From Octopus vulgaris (taxonomy: Eukaryota), in NCBI GenBank assembly GCA_951406725.2, contig OX597816.1, forward strand, positions 65,286,001 through 65,350,000: a stretch of DNA of 64,000 nucleotides, written 5' to 3'. Shown one piece after another: positions 12,549 to 28,744 of the stretch; position 1 is the first letter of the stretch, and each line of letters opens with the position of its first letter. Made by a program: the position numbers and the translations under genes. The notes below the pieces were generated by a model. The model made no database searches, was not told the DNA's origin, and was given only the letters and a program-made list of their open reading frames with translations.

Positions 12549-12760
12549 TGTGTGTGTCTGTATTTGTCACCCCAACATCGCCTGACAACCGATGCTGGTG
12601 TGTTTACGTCCCCGTAACTTAGCGGTTCGGCAAAAAAAGACCGATATAATAAGTAGTAGGATAACAAAGAATAAATCCTGGGGTCGATGTGCTCGACTAA
12701 AGGCGGTGCTTCAACATGGCCACAGTCAAAAATGACTGAAACAAGCAAAAGAGTAAAGTG
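12297..12760 (+). mobile_element. CORE-like tRNA SINE (same family as 8660)
   Basis: accttgggtatgtgtcttctactatagcctcgggccgacc; internal (TA)n(TG)n; tail ggcggtgcttcaacatggccacagtc..tgactgaaacaag. Confidence 0.85.
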
Positions 12761-13126
12761 TATAAAGAGTCTTGCAAATTTGATACATAAATGATATATA
12801 TATATGTATATACCAAATCATTTGTGAAATAAGTTTCTGCTAACTACTTTTGCTGATTCAATCTCGCCGTCTGCTTCTCGAAGTAGATTTAAATATTATC
12901 TGCTGGTTTATGTTAGTATCTTTCTCAATTCACTTTAGCGACCAGATTCCTTTCTGTCGAGCATTTTCTATTTCTTTTCACTTAAATCTATTACGTGTGG
13001 CCAATTCCTACTAAACACCCATAGCTTTTATACAGACACACACATACATATAATACGGTGTAGGAACGCATATGTGTGGTCTGTGTGTACGTGTATATTT
13101 ATGTACAGATATACACATACACATAC

Positions 13127-13260
<134 letters not shown>

Positions 13261-13393
13261 CACGTAAGCGTCTCTAAAATACATTTGAGTATCTGTTCAC
13301 ATGCCTATATATGTATATGTTTGTGCATGTATTTATGCATATACATAGATATGTATGTCTGTGTATATATATACGTATATATAATATACATAA

Positions 13394-13463
<70 letters not shown>

Positions 13464-14123
13464 CATACTTTTACTGTGTCTATCTGTTGTACTCGTGTAT
13501 ATAAAAGTTTGCGGCGTGCACACAACAGACGTTTCCATTTCTTCTATCAGCGTATCATTTCCACACCAATTAAATGTCCTTAAAGTTTACTAGTATAATT
13601 TACAACTTGAGAATTTTGTATTTGTTATTACACGGAACGAATCTCTCTCGGTGGCTGTCGCTGTAAAGTGAAGATTTATGTGTATGATTCATTGCAGTTG
13701 TACACGTTAATAGTTCTATGTGAGTATAAAGTGTTGTTTAAGTGTGTTAGAAGCTAACCAAATACAGAGAAGTTTCGTTTTAAATGAAGATTCTCCCCCA
13801 AGGCTAATCTTTAAAGTATGCACTATCAGCGGAATGGGCATATCCAATTAATGCGGTTAGCACAATTACAATTGTTGACATCCCTCAGGCTTCTGAAGTT
13901 ACATTGATAATGTTGTTGCTTGCTCTTGCTTTTCTTCATGTTATAGTTGTTGCTGTTGCTGCTGCTGATACTATTGTTGTTGTTGTTGTTCTCTTTTTCT
14001 TGTTGTCTATTTGTTAATATTATTGCTATTTCTGTTATCAATTTGGTCATGGTTGTTATTTTTCTTTTTCTTTTTATGTACTGTTATGCCGTGGTCGTCA
14101 CAGTTAAAACTGTTATGTCATTT

Positions 14124-14124
14124 T

Positions 14125-14210
<86 letters not shown>

Positions 14211-14232
14211 GGTGGTTGTGGTGGTGGTGGTG

Positions 14233-14276
<44 letters not shown>

Positions 14277-14495
14277 TTAAATAATAATAATGATAATAAA
14301 GATGATGATAATTATAGTGGTGGTGGTGGTGATGGTGGTGGTGGTGGTGGTAGTAGTAGAAGTAGTAGCAGTAATCTTGGTTGTGGTGGTGGTGGTAGTG
14401 GTGGTGGTCGTCGTCGTGGTCGTCGTGGTCGTGGTCGTGGTGTTGGTGCCGGTGGTGGTGCCGGTGGTGGTGCCGGTGGCGGCGGCGGCGGCGTC
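14124..14495. repeat. Compound trinucleotide microsatellite (CAG/TAG/TGG/TCG/CGG)
   Basis: Direct reading; generates the poly-S/G/V/T ORFs. Confidence 0.9.
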
Positions 14496-15102
14496 AGCTT
14501 TGTCTGGTTTCCTGATGCTCTTAATTACCATTCTCCTAATTTCGGCTGATAACGTTGCCAATGCCTCTGGTGAATGGAGAATGTTAGTTTTGATGTGAAC
14601 GTGATAGTGGTGGAGAGGAGTTAAGAAGGTGACGATCATAGCCACCGCCACCTCCGTCAACGTACACTATCATCATAATTATCCGCCATTATCATTATTA
14701 CCGTACGACGCCGGTAGGTTCTTGTTTGGTAGAAATTACAGCCTGGTTTCCATTCTCTTTACTCTAGTAAAGGCTCCATTTACCGAACTGAAGATAAAGC
14801 TAAGTAGAAAGACTCAGGATACATAAAACCACGCATCTCTCTGCTCTGTTCTGTTTTCTTCTTTCTTTCTTTTTCTCTTTTCTTTTTCTGCTGTTCAAAC
14901 TTCCAGAATTCATGCTCTATGTATTATCAAAATATCAACCTCCTTCTTTCCCTCCTCTCATCCCTCTCATCACCCTTTCCACCACTACACCTCATCTGAA
15001 AAATCGCCCTCATTATTCTCATCATCATTGACCTTATCGTTAACCTCCTTATTACCAGCTGCAACGGTATCATCACCATCATCAGCATAGTCATCATCAT
15101 CA

Positions 15103-15900
15103 GCGAGATGGCAGAATCATGAGCACGCCGGGTAAAATGCTTACCGGCATTTCGTCCGTTTTTACGTTCTGAGTTCAAATCCCGCCAAGGTCTATAAATT
15201 AAGTACCAGCAAAAACTGGGGTCGATATATTCGACTAGTCCCCTCCCCCAAAATTTCAGGCCTTGTGCCTTTAGTAGAAAGGATTATTATTGTTAAAGCG
15301 GCTACCTGGCAGAAACGTTAGCACGCCGGGCGAAATGCGTAGCCGTATTTCGTCTGCCGTTACGTTCTGAGTTCAAATTCCGCCGAGGTCGACTTTGCCT
15401 TTCATCCTTTTGGGGGCGATAAATTAAGTACCAGGTACGCACTGGGGTCAATGTAATCGACTCAGTTCGTTTGTCTGTCCTTGTTTGTCGTCTATGTGTT
15501 TAGCCACTTGTGGGTAGTAAAGAAATAGGTATTTCGTCTGCCGCTACGTTCTGAGTTCAAATTCTGCCGATGTTGACTTCGTCTTTCATCCTTTCAGGGT
15601 CGATAAATTAAGTACCAGTTGAGTACTGGGGTCGATTTAATCGACTAGTTCCCTCCCACAAAATGTCCGGCCTTACACCTTTAGTAGAAAAGATTATTAA
15701 GGTGGTGAACAGCACCCTAGACAAAATAATTAACTGCATCTCTTCCGCTTTATAATCTGATTTCAAATTCCGCAGTGGTCGATTTTGCCTTTCATACCAT
15801 CGGGGTCAATGAAACGAGTACCAGTTAAGTCCGATGTAACAGATTACACCTTTCCTTCAAAATATCAGCTTTGTGCCTATAGGAGAAAGGGATTAAGGAT
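15103..15900 (+). mobile_element. Tandem array of Meta-domain-like SINEs (4 units)
   Basis: Units beginning ~15103, 15297, 15528, 15700 with the same core as 3096-4330. Confidence 0.85.
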
Positions 15901-17051
15901 TAAAGCGGCAAGGGGAGGAGGAGTTGTTATTGCAGTAACAATCGAAGCTCTCTGTACTTTCAGTGGCAAGATGTAGGTGAGTTTGTGATAAATCAGTTTT
16001 GTTTTATTTTAGTTATTTATTCCTTTCTAGAGTCGGAGATAATACTTCATGACCTCAACGTAGCTTAACTTAGTTGTTTCACAAAGTTGTGATCTAATAT
16101 AAGATGACAAATTAATTCTGCATACTGAGAGAAACATCATGGCGCCACTATATCCGCTAGAAATCTACACACAAACCTTCCTTAAAATATACTGTAGCGT
16201 TTTTCACATCAGGTCATGTATTCAAGATTAATTATGCCTGAAATACCGTGGAAATGTCTTTCATCAACAGCCTGCTCAATTATGATTGACCTGGGGCTAA
16301 ATAAACAAGATGAATGAAAGCCACACATTGTATAGTATAGTCCTAGATGCATTATGTCTGAAAAACGACGCAGATGTTATGGCTTGTTCACCTTTGATCT
16401 TAAGTCTGTCGATCAAGTTTGACGTTAGAAAATGTTGCCTGAGATTCATTATGTTGGACAAAAAAGTTTGCAGTTGTGGCTTTAATCATACGTCTGCTCG
16501 ATCAGACCCTAGGTTAAACAACAATAACTACAACAAAAACAACAGCAGCAACAACAACAGTGATAATAACTAGGAAGGCATTTTAAGTGTTTCTACGTTC
16601 GTGTCGGAAAAAAGAGATAATGATCGTGCCTTGAGCGTCATAATTCTGTTTGATTCTTACTGACCTGGTGTTAAACAACAACCACAAGTGCCTTCTTGTG
16701 AATACAATAACAGGCAAATATAAATGTAATGAGTTACGTGAAAATTTGTGTCAAGCCTCCTAAATGTCTTTCAAGGAAAGTTATTTAAATTTAAATTCAA
16801 TAATCTATAAGCGACTGAAGGGCACAGTACTCCCGCTTTGAGTAGGAGACCATTCCATTGCAGGATTAGCCTCATTTGCTGAGACTCAATCTCAGCTTAA
16901 TGGACTGGAGTAATGTAAAATTAATTGTTTTACTCAACAACGCAAGACTTTGCTCGGTCTGTGAATTGAAATCACGACCTCGCGATCATGACTCAAACAC
17001 TTCTAATCACAAGGTCACGCGGTTTAACAAGCTACAAGGTTTTCTCTCTTA

Positions 17052-17463
17052 TGCCCTTTTATTTGTTTCAGTCATTTGACTGTGGCCATGCTGGAGCACC
17101 GCCTTTAGTCGAGCAAATCGACCCCAGCACTTATTCTTTGTAATCCTAGTACTTATTGTATCGGTTTCTTTTGCCGAAATACTAAGTTACGGGGACGTAA
17201 ACACACCAGCATCGGTTATCAAGCGATGTTGGGGGGGGGGGACAAACACAGACACACAAACATATACACATGCATGCATTATATATATGTGTATATATAT
17301 ATATATATATAAAACATATATACGATGGGCTTCTTTCAGTTTCCGTCAACCAAATCAACTCAAAAGGCTTTGGTCGGCACGAGGCAATAGTAGAAGACAT
17401 TTGTCCAAGGTGCCACGCAGTGGGACTGAACCCGGAACCATGTGGTTCGTAAGCAAGCTACTT
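17052..17463 (-). mobile_element. CORE-like tRNA SINE, 3' part; its head continues at 21106-21130
   Basis: ...cccggaaccatgtggttcgtaagcaagctactt stops at 17463 and resumes as gcaagctacttaccacacagccac at 21106. Confidence 0.9.
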
Positions 17464-19109
17464 TATTTCATAACATTTGCCATAAAGACAGTACATAGAG
17501 TAAGTTAGCTTTGCGGGCTGGACGAGGACATTAATGAAATGAATGATAATGAAAGAAAGATGATGGGGATGGGAGAAGACAAGAAGCGCTCGCGACTTCT
17601 GCTTCTCTAAAACATTGTTCTTTTAAAAACAAACACAAAACGAGGTATTAAACCTCTTACAATTTTTACAACTTTTCAATTTTTGGACTTAACAGTCCAT
17701 TACTAACAACAATATAGTTCAATAATTACATATGATATAAATACAATACACAAAGCCCCTCCTCCCAGACCTGGCTTAGACTTCCCTTAGGAATGCGCCA
17801 GCTCTAGGTCGGGGCCCCTCAAGTCGTATCACGTATCCAAGAACCGATGACACTTAGGGGGGCGACCCTCAAGCATCACCGGGTACCTGCACCCGGCCAT
17901 TTTAAAAAATCTGGAAGAACCAGATTGGTTGATTGGGTCCAAAGGGTCAAAATTGCTTTTGACCCAACCCAAGCAGCCGCAGGAAGAACTTTCACATTAA
18001 GGAGCTTAGTTTCGCTGCTACCCAGACCCCGGCGGATAGTCTCCTCTATCCACTCGGGTTTTATCCCGGGTGGCAGCCCGCAAATCCATGCTTTCGTCAG
18101 TCTCTTTTTTTGGTACGTGGGCAGGAATAAAATTTCCTTACCCTCCAGGGGTTTACTAGCAAATTTGCAAGCCTCTTCAGGGGTGTCAAATAGCAACCAC
18201 ACCGTTGCATATTTGACACCCCTGGAAATGAATTTAATTGTTGGCAAATACTCTGCCAACTCCTTTTCAATTGCCGTCTTTTCGAATAGGGCGATGGTGT
18301 CGAGTGCCTTGGAGTAGGTTCTCAACACCACCGTCCTATCTTCACGGTCTTTTAACCACTTTTTAGGCGGTATGATCTCCCATTCCAAAATTTTGTCATT
18401 TTTCATTGCCATGTTTTTTTTTTAAATATATTCAAATTAAACTTAAAAAGCGAGAAGAAAAAAAGTTCAAAAGTCCAAATATAATTTGATAGATTTTTGA
18501 AAAAAAAAAGGGGAAAGCACAACAGAAGGGAAGAAATCAACGAAAAGTCGCAATAAACAAAAAAAAAACAAAAGGGGGAGTTAAATGAAGTTCAGAAGAA
18601 AGTTAATAAACAGAAAAACACAGCAAAAATCTTCTGGCCTTACGGTACTCCCGGCCTGAGTTGAACCTGGAACGCCGCAACTGGAACACAACCTCCACAA
18701 AAATGGGTCCAAAAGGTAATCCAAAAGTGGCTTATTCTTATAATTTTCTTGCGAAATACTCCGACAAAGGAATAAATTCAACAAACCCAACCACAGCACT
18801 GGCCACCGCCAACGGTAATTTTAACAGTAACTGTACTGGGTTCCGAGGATACGCCCCTCCACTGTTTTTTTTTTCAATAAACACAAAAACAGCAGCCGCC
18901 GAGAGCAGGCGTAATTTTCTCAGAGTTGGACACAACTTACTGAAATAATAATTAGCACGCAATAAATTAAGCCCAACTCACAATAAACAAAATCACTCAC
19001 CTCGACAACTTTCTGTTTTTGGTCTTTTTTCTATAATTGGACGGAGCTCGTTAACTCACGTCCACTCTGGCTCAACAGGAAGCAACTGACTAACTGCGCA
19101 TGTGTGTTA
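17464..19109 (-). mobile_element. ORF1-only (HAL1-like) L1/Tx1-type non-autonomous retroelement, copy A
   Basis: Bounded by GCAAGCTACTT direct repeats; 5' end gagtggacgtg..gagctcc; long T-rich 5'UTR; single ORF; 3' end ATGAAATAAA; no RT/EN. Confidence 0.75.
17829..18412 (-). pseudogene. L1/Tx1 ORF1-like nucleic-acid-binding protein (truncated, frameshifted)
   Basis: 178-aa ORF 17876-18412 homologous to copy B; shifted frame continues YPVMLEGRPPKCHRFLDT*. Confidence 0.65.
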
Positions 19110-19120
19110 GCAAGCTACTT

Positions 19121-21105
19121 TATTTCATAAGATTTGCCACTAGAGCAGTACATAGAATAGCTGCGGGCTGGACAAAAAACATTAATGAATGATGGTGATG
19201 GACGAAGATGGTGATGGGAGAAGACAAGAGCGCCCGCCGACCCTCGCTTCTCTAAGACATTGTTCCTTTTTTTTTTTTAAATTTCACAAAAATTTCAAAT
19301 TTTCTTTTTCAATTCAATATAATGTTCAATAAGTCTATGTTACCCGGCCGACCAGCGCTCTTGCCTCAACGAAGCAATCATCACTGGTCAGGTCGTGGTC
19401 TAGAGGTATAATTTGAAATGTGTCCATCGGGAAGGAATGCGTGATCCTTCCCAGATTACCCCTCCCTATGACCTCCGCAGCCAGCTGCGAAGGCCACTCG
19501 GGGTCCTCCGTGCAGGACCGAAGTCCCTCCCAATGGCCCCGCTTTCTCATTTTACTCATCTCACCTTCCACTGTTCCACCTTTAAAAAAGAGGACCACAA
19601 ATTGTTCCACAAGTTGTTCCTCAGGCGGAACACCCGCCTGAGAAGACTTGGGAGACGCCGTCTGCGTATCACAATCCGCCGGCGGCGCCCCGTTTCTCCT
19701 CTTCTTTTTCTTCTTTTTACCTTGGGCTGCGGGAGGTTGAGGTTGAGGTATTGCACACAACGGGTTCTCTTCTTCTCTCGCAGCTTCCGGGTCTTTTGGT
19801 GGGTCGCCATTGCTCCCCACTTTTCTCTTTCTCGTTGAAGAAGTCGTCGCTTCCCCGCTCTGTTTCTCTCCCTCCATGGGGGGGGGGGCAGGGAGAGGCT
19901 CCGATATCAACTGCTCCAGGATCCTACTTTGGTCCCTGGGGCATTTTTTTTAATATGACCGGTCTCCAGGAACAGGTGACACTTGGGGGGGGGCGTCCCT
20001 CAAGCATCACCGGATACCTGTACCCGGCCATCCTCAAGAAGTCCGGCAAAACCAGACTTTTGGCTGATTGGGTCCATAGGGTCAAAGTAGCTTTTGACCC
20101 CTCCCAATCAGCCGCAGGCTGTACTCTTACGTTTAGGAGCTTGGCGCTGCTACCACCCAGACCCCGGCGTATAGAGTCCTCTATCCACTCGGGTTCAACG
20201 CCGAGTGGTAAGCCGCAGATCCAAGCTCTCAACAATTTTTGTCATTTGTAATTAGGGAGGAATAATATCTCCTTGCCCTCAATGGGCTTGCTTGCAAAGT
20301 CGCAAGCTGCTTTAGGGGAGTCAAACAGCAACCAAACCGTTGCGTATTTGACTCCCCGTGCGATGTATTTAACGGCTGGCATATTGTCTGCCAGCTCGTT
20401 AACAATAGTGGCCTTTGGAAAGACAGCTATGGTGTTGAGCGACTTTGAATAAGTCCTCAACACCACGGTCTTGTCCTCTAGCTCTTTCAGATATCTTTTG
20501 GGAGGTGTCAACTCCCATATGGTGAACTCCTTTGCCATAACAAAAGTTCAAGAAACAGTTCAACGTGATAAAATAAAATAGACAAAAAGGAGAATAAAAA
20601 ACAGAACAGAAGGGAAGAAACAAAATTCGAAACAGCAGTTCAAAAAAGTTTTTTAAAATAAAAGATAGCAGAAGAGAGTTCAAAATCCAGGCAAAGGAAT
20701 TAATTTTTTTCTTTTTCTTTTTTCCCCGGCCAAAAAGGTATTCCAGGCCACTGGTAATTCACTTGTGAAAATAATCCCTGGTACTCCGTTGGTAAATCCG
20801 AAGACAAAGGCAATTACACACGTTAATTTTTGAGGTGGGGCTACGCCTCCTCAAAAAAACACAATTCTCACTACAAAGTGAGTCTTTATATTCGACCACA
20901 GGCAGAAAAAATGTCTGGAGCAAAGTGGAGTTTATTACCCGCTAAAAAATATTAAATGCTAAAAAACATTAAATGCAAGCAATAAACTTCACTAAGCTCC
21001 TAAAAATACAAAACGCCTACCTGCAGTCGAGTCAAAAGTTCAACAATTCACGTTGAAACACGTGACAACTGGAGCAGCAAAAAAACACGCCTCAACACGT
21101 CAGTG
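19121..21105 (-). mobile_element. ORF1-only (HAL1-like) L1/Tx1-type non-autonomous retroelement, copy B
   Basis: Bounded by GCAAGCTACTT direct repeats; 3' ~150 bp homologous to copy A; no RT/EN. Confidence 0.75.
19335..20538 (-). pseudogene. L1/Tx1 ORF1-like protein, ~400 codons, one stop and homopolymer frameshifts
   Basis: ORFs 20242-20538, 19924-20235 and 19335-19910 join into MAKEFTIWELTPPK...EGRPPKCHLFLETGHIKKKCPRDQ...basic/Pro-rich linker...ALVGRVT*. Confidence 0.7.
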
Positions 21106-21164
21106 GCAAGCTACTTACCACACAGCCACAGTGAAGCTTGTAAAAGACAATGTACGGCATGAAT

Positions 21165-21490
21165 GAACTTTACCTTTCATCTTTTCGGGGTCGATTAATT
21201 AAGTACCAGTTACGCACTGGGGTCGATGTAATCGACTTAATCCCTCTGTCTGTTCTTGTTTGTCCCCTCTGAGTTTAGCCCCTTGTGGGTAGTAAAGAAA
21301 TAGGTATTTCGTCTGCCGTTAAGTTCTGAGATCAAATTCCGCCGAGGTCGACTTTGCCTCTCATCCTTCCGGAGTCGATTAAATAATTACCAGTTACGCA
21401 CTGGGGTCGATATAATCGACTTAATCTGTTTTTCTGTCCTTGTCTGTCCTCTGTGTGTTTAGCCCCCTATGGGCAGTAAAGAAATAGGTA
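21165..21490 (+). mobile_element. Two tandem Meta-domain-like SINE units
   Basis: ttcatcttttcggggtcgattaattaagtaccagttacgcactggggtcgat..tagccccttgtgggtagtaaagaaatag, twice. Confidence 0.85.
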
Positions 21491-22204
21491 TCATTATTTT
21501 ACTCAGAGTTAGTGGTGAGAGAAACCTGGGGGGATGGACACGTCTCGGAGAAGGTTGGTTATATCCACACCCGGAGACCACGGGCGGGTGAGTCTCTCCG
21601 TGTCTCCCACTGCGCCCGGCTACGATGGCCCGCGGTCGAAGGAGCGGTGCGTTGACTCGGATGATAACATTCAGGTGTGGGCCCACTACCGTGGCCACTC
21701 TTCGGATCCGACCCTTCGGCCAACTCATGAAACTGCATAGGCACCGTTCTCTGGACATGATGTAGAAACTTATTTATTAATGTTATGTGCTGTATCTTGC
21801 TAATACATGAATGGCACGAGCAGTTGTAGCTTCGTAATGTTCTCGATGAGTTCTCAAACCATCTCCTTACAATAAATCCAACATGGAATAACCGGGAAGC
21901 AAAAGAAAAATGTTTCTTTCCTGAATTGTTGTTGTTGTTTTTGTTGTTGTTGTTGTTGTTCTTCTTCTTCTTGCTGCTGCTGCTGTTGTTGTTGTTGTTG
22001 TTGTTTTTGTTAATAAAGACAATGTTAATGATGTTCTTCATCTTGTTATTTTATCATTCTTTTTGACATTGCTGTTGTTTTTCTCGTTACCTTTGTTCGT
22101 TCTTGCTCCTGCTGTCGCTTAGCTCCGGATCAGTTCTGATCAAGTCGGGCTATGAGAAATAAATTCAATCCTTCAACATATTTTTTCTTTCCAACACCAC
22201 ATCG

Positions 22205-22635
22205 GCATAGAAGTGGCTGTGTGGTAAGTAGCTTGCTTACCAGCCACATGGTTCCGGGTTCAGACCTACTGCGTGGCACGTTGGGCAAGTGTCTTCTACT
22301 ATAGCCGCGGGCCGACCAAAGCCTTGTGAGTGGATTTGGTAGACGGAAACTGAAAGAAGCCCGTCGTATATATGTATGTATATATATATGTGTGTGTATG
22401 TGTGTGTATATGTTTGTGTGTCTGTATTTGTCCCCCCAACATCGCTTGACAACCGATGCTGGTGTGCTTACGTCCCCGTAACTTAGCCGGTTCGGCAAAA
22501 GAGACCGATAGCATAAGTACTAGGCTTACAAAGAATAAGTCCTGGGGTCGATGTGCTCGACTAAAGGTGGTGCTCCAGCATGGCCACAGTCAAATGCCTG
22601 AAACAAGTAAAAGAGTAAAAGAGAGTAAAAGAGTA
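22205..22635 (+). mobile_element. Full-length CORE-like tRNA SINE
   Basis: Complete head, accttgggcaagtg-like CORE motif, microsatellite middle and (GTAAAAGA)n tail. Confidence 0.9.
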
Positions 22636-22940
22636 TAGGGCCACGTAACCCAATATGATTCCTTAGCTAAGAGAGTGGATTCGCTGGATTGCTAGAATAT
22701 ATTTGTTCCGGTTCTTTAGTGTTCTGAATTGTTTGTGATGCTAAGTCATCAGCTGGTTTCAACCACCATCAGGTTCCTTGGTATCTTTAAGAGGTATAGT
22801 TTTCACAGAAACTTCTTCTTTCCACACAAGTTAATGACATTCAACAAGGAACAAGAAATACTCACACTGATATATTGATCAAATACCTAGAACTGTACTA
22901 TTACTGTACACACAAGCATGCGAAACTACATGCTTATTAC

Positions 22941-23210
22941 TTATTGGCAAATGTTCACTACTGACTTATTGGTCAAGGTTCACTACTGACTTATTGGCAA
23001 AAGTTCACTACTGACTTTTTGGCAAATGTCCACTACTGATTTATTGGCAAATGTTCACTACTGACTTATTGGCAAATGTTCACTACTGACTTATTGGCAA
23101 ATGTTCACTACTGACTTATTGGCAAATGTTCACTACTGACTTATTGGCAAATGTTCACTACTGACTTATTGGCAAATGTTCACTACTGACTTATTGGCAA
23201 ATGTTCACTA
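22941..23210. repeat. 25-bp minisatellite, ~11 copies
   Basis: TTATTGGCAAATGTTCACTACTGAC repeated head-to-tail with no spacers. Confidence 0.95.
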
Positions 23211-23965
23211 ACACCAACATATCACAATCTCTACATTGTAGCTGCACAGTCATGTTTCTCCTCGTTGCTTCTTTTACTGCTATTACAGAAGCCCCTGCGT
23301 TTTCAGCTAGCGTTCTGTTGCAAGAATTTGGCTCAGGTTTCCCGTCTGAGAACTCTCTCCTTTTCTTCTACCATTCACAGAGACCTTGGTGTAAAACAAC
23401 GTGGGTGAGATTTGTGGAAAACATTTGGCTGTCAGTTCTAGCAGGTAGAGGCTTATCTGTGTGTTCTTACATAGCGGCCAATGAAGTAACAAAATGGCGG
23501 AAAAGAAGTTATTATTTGAACTTTTCAAAGTGAGAGGCTTTAATTTGTAATCACCAACAGCTTTTATCGTTGGTGATTAATGGCAGGTAAAAGGGAGGAG
23601 AAATTATCAGAGAGAAAATATATTAATGAGGGTTCATAAAGACAAAAAAAAAGGAAATATATTTAGAGGTGAGATTTTAAATCAGGGGAAAATTCAGAAG
23701 AGATTACAGATTAAATACAGATTATGACGAGAAAAGATTAGTGACGAAAGTGGGAATATTTTGCCGTTTTTGTCAGTTCAAAGGAAGCAAAGATTAGACA
23801 AGTTAAACACTAAGAACGATTTATGGCAGATGAACATAAAGACAGAAGATATTTATAAAACTGAAAGAAAAAAGATTAAAGTGAAGAGAGCCTGGAGACA
23901 GATTAAAGATATTAAAAGAAGGTATTAAAGACAAACTAAGAAACGAGTTTGAAGGGCAAAAACAG

Positions 23966-24036
<71 letters not shown>

Positions 24037-24679
24037 CAATAATAATAATATTTTACAGTAACGTAAAGAGAGTTAAAAGCAGAATTAGGCAGAAAAGATG
24101 AAAATAGATTAGGGAAATACTGTAGATTTTAAGTCGTACTTCGACATAGTCTGTAAACTTGGTATAGAAAGTTTACACAGCTTGGACACAGATTATATGC
24201 TTTGCTACCTATGGTCATTACTGAACCGTTTATTTATATACACTCTTCAATGATAAATCAAATATTTTGAAACTTTACGTCTCAATCAGTTGCTATATCA
24301 GGCTAACTCTGTCGAAATCACTTTACAAAAAGAGATATCACACTAAAAAAAAAAGAATAAAAATTTAAATGATAACAAATAAATAAAAGTGATATCATAC
24401 ACAGTTGACTTATAAAACGAATGCAACATTTTTTTTAAAACGTCATCTTTTTTTTTTTCCTGATATGGCAAAATTATTTATTGAAATATTCAGACGGTTT
24501 TTGTGCTTTTTCTTATAAATTTTTTTGTATAACTTATTGTTTAGCCAACACATCTTCTTTCCCTCCTTATTTTCAATCTCATTGTAACTTCGGATGGCAA
24601 TAAACGAACAAAAGGTTTTATTGAACATTTCCCAATAAATTCGTTCTCAGGGCATAATTAAGTCAAACATTTCTTTTTG

Positions 24680-28010
<3,331 letters not shown>

Positions 28011-28174
28011 GTGATTGTTAAAAAATCTTCGCTTCAAAATCATACCATTCCGGGTTCGATCCTATTGCACTGCACCTTGGGAGTGCCACTCACCTAGTGC
28101 CTGAAGGAATTAATAAATTCACCAATATTTGACACAGTCAAAATTCGGTGAATTTGGAAACTTGACAAATATTT

Positions 28175-28400
28175 CTTTCGTTGTTGCCCACAAGGGGCTA
28201 AACATAGAGGGGACAAACAAGGACAGACAGAGAGATTAAGTCTAATATATCAACCCCAGTGCGTAATTGGTACTTACTTAATCGACCCTGAAAGGATGAA
28301 AGACAAAATCGACCTCGGTGGAATTTGAACTCAGAACGTAGCGGCAGACGAAATACCGCTCAGCATTTCACCTGACGTGCTAACGATTCTGCCAGCTCGT
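28175..28400 (-). mobile_element. Meta-domain-like SINE
   Basis: Reverse complement of the 3096 unit. Confidence 0.85.
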
Positions 28401-28637
28401 TACCCTGAAACTTGACAATTTTTTAAATACTTCTAAAACCTAGTGAAAATTCTAAGCGAAGAAATACTAAAACATACATCCTACTTCTATGCACAATCTC
28501 AAAACTTCTTGAAAGGCTCTGCATTTAAATTGACGTAATGATTACATTGTTCAATTAAATGGAGTTGCTTGAAACGATGGTACTGCATTACCTCTGGATA
28601 TCCTTGTTGCTTATTTTGATATATATCAATATATACT

Positions 28638-28674
<37 letters not shown>

Positions 28675-28690
28675 GTATGTGTGTGTGTGA

Positions 28691-28721
<31 letters not shown>

Positions 28722-28744
28722 TTGTGTGTGTGTATCGATTTTTT

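Noticed and set aside
13947-14660. Gly/Ser-rich (+) and Thr-rich (-) ORFs resembling low-complexity proteins
   Set aside because: Built from trinucleotide microsatellites, open in several frames, no splice or domain support
15936-15982. Possible small host exon (ttgcag or tttcag acceptor, AG|GTGAGT donor)
   Set aside because: Splice-like motifs alone are common by chance; no coding or neighbouring-exon support without RNA-seq
17464-21105. Host gene duplication or LTR element
   Set aside because: No introns, no LTRs/PBS; bounded by short TSD-like repeats within a SINE and ending at AATAAA
22941-23210. CRISPR-like array of 25-bp repeats
   Set aside because: Units are contiguous with no unique spacers, no cas genes, eukaryotic context
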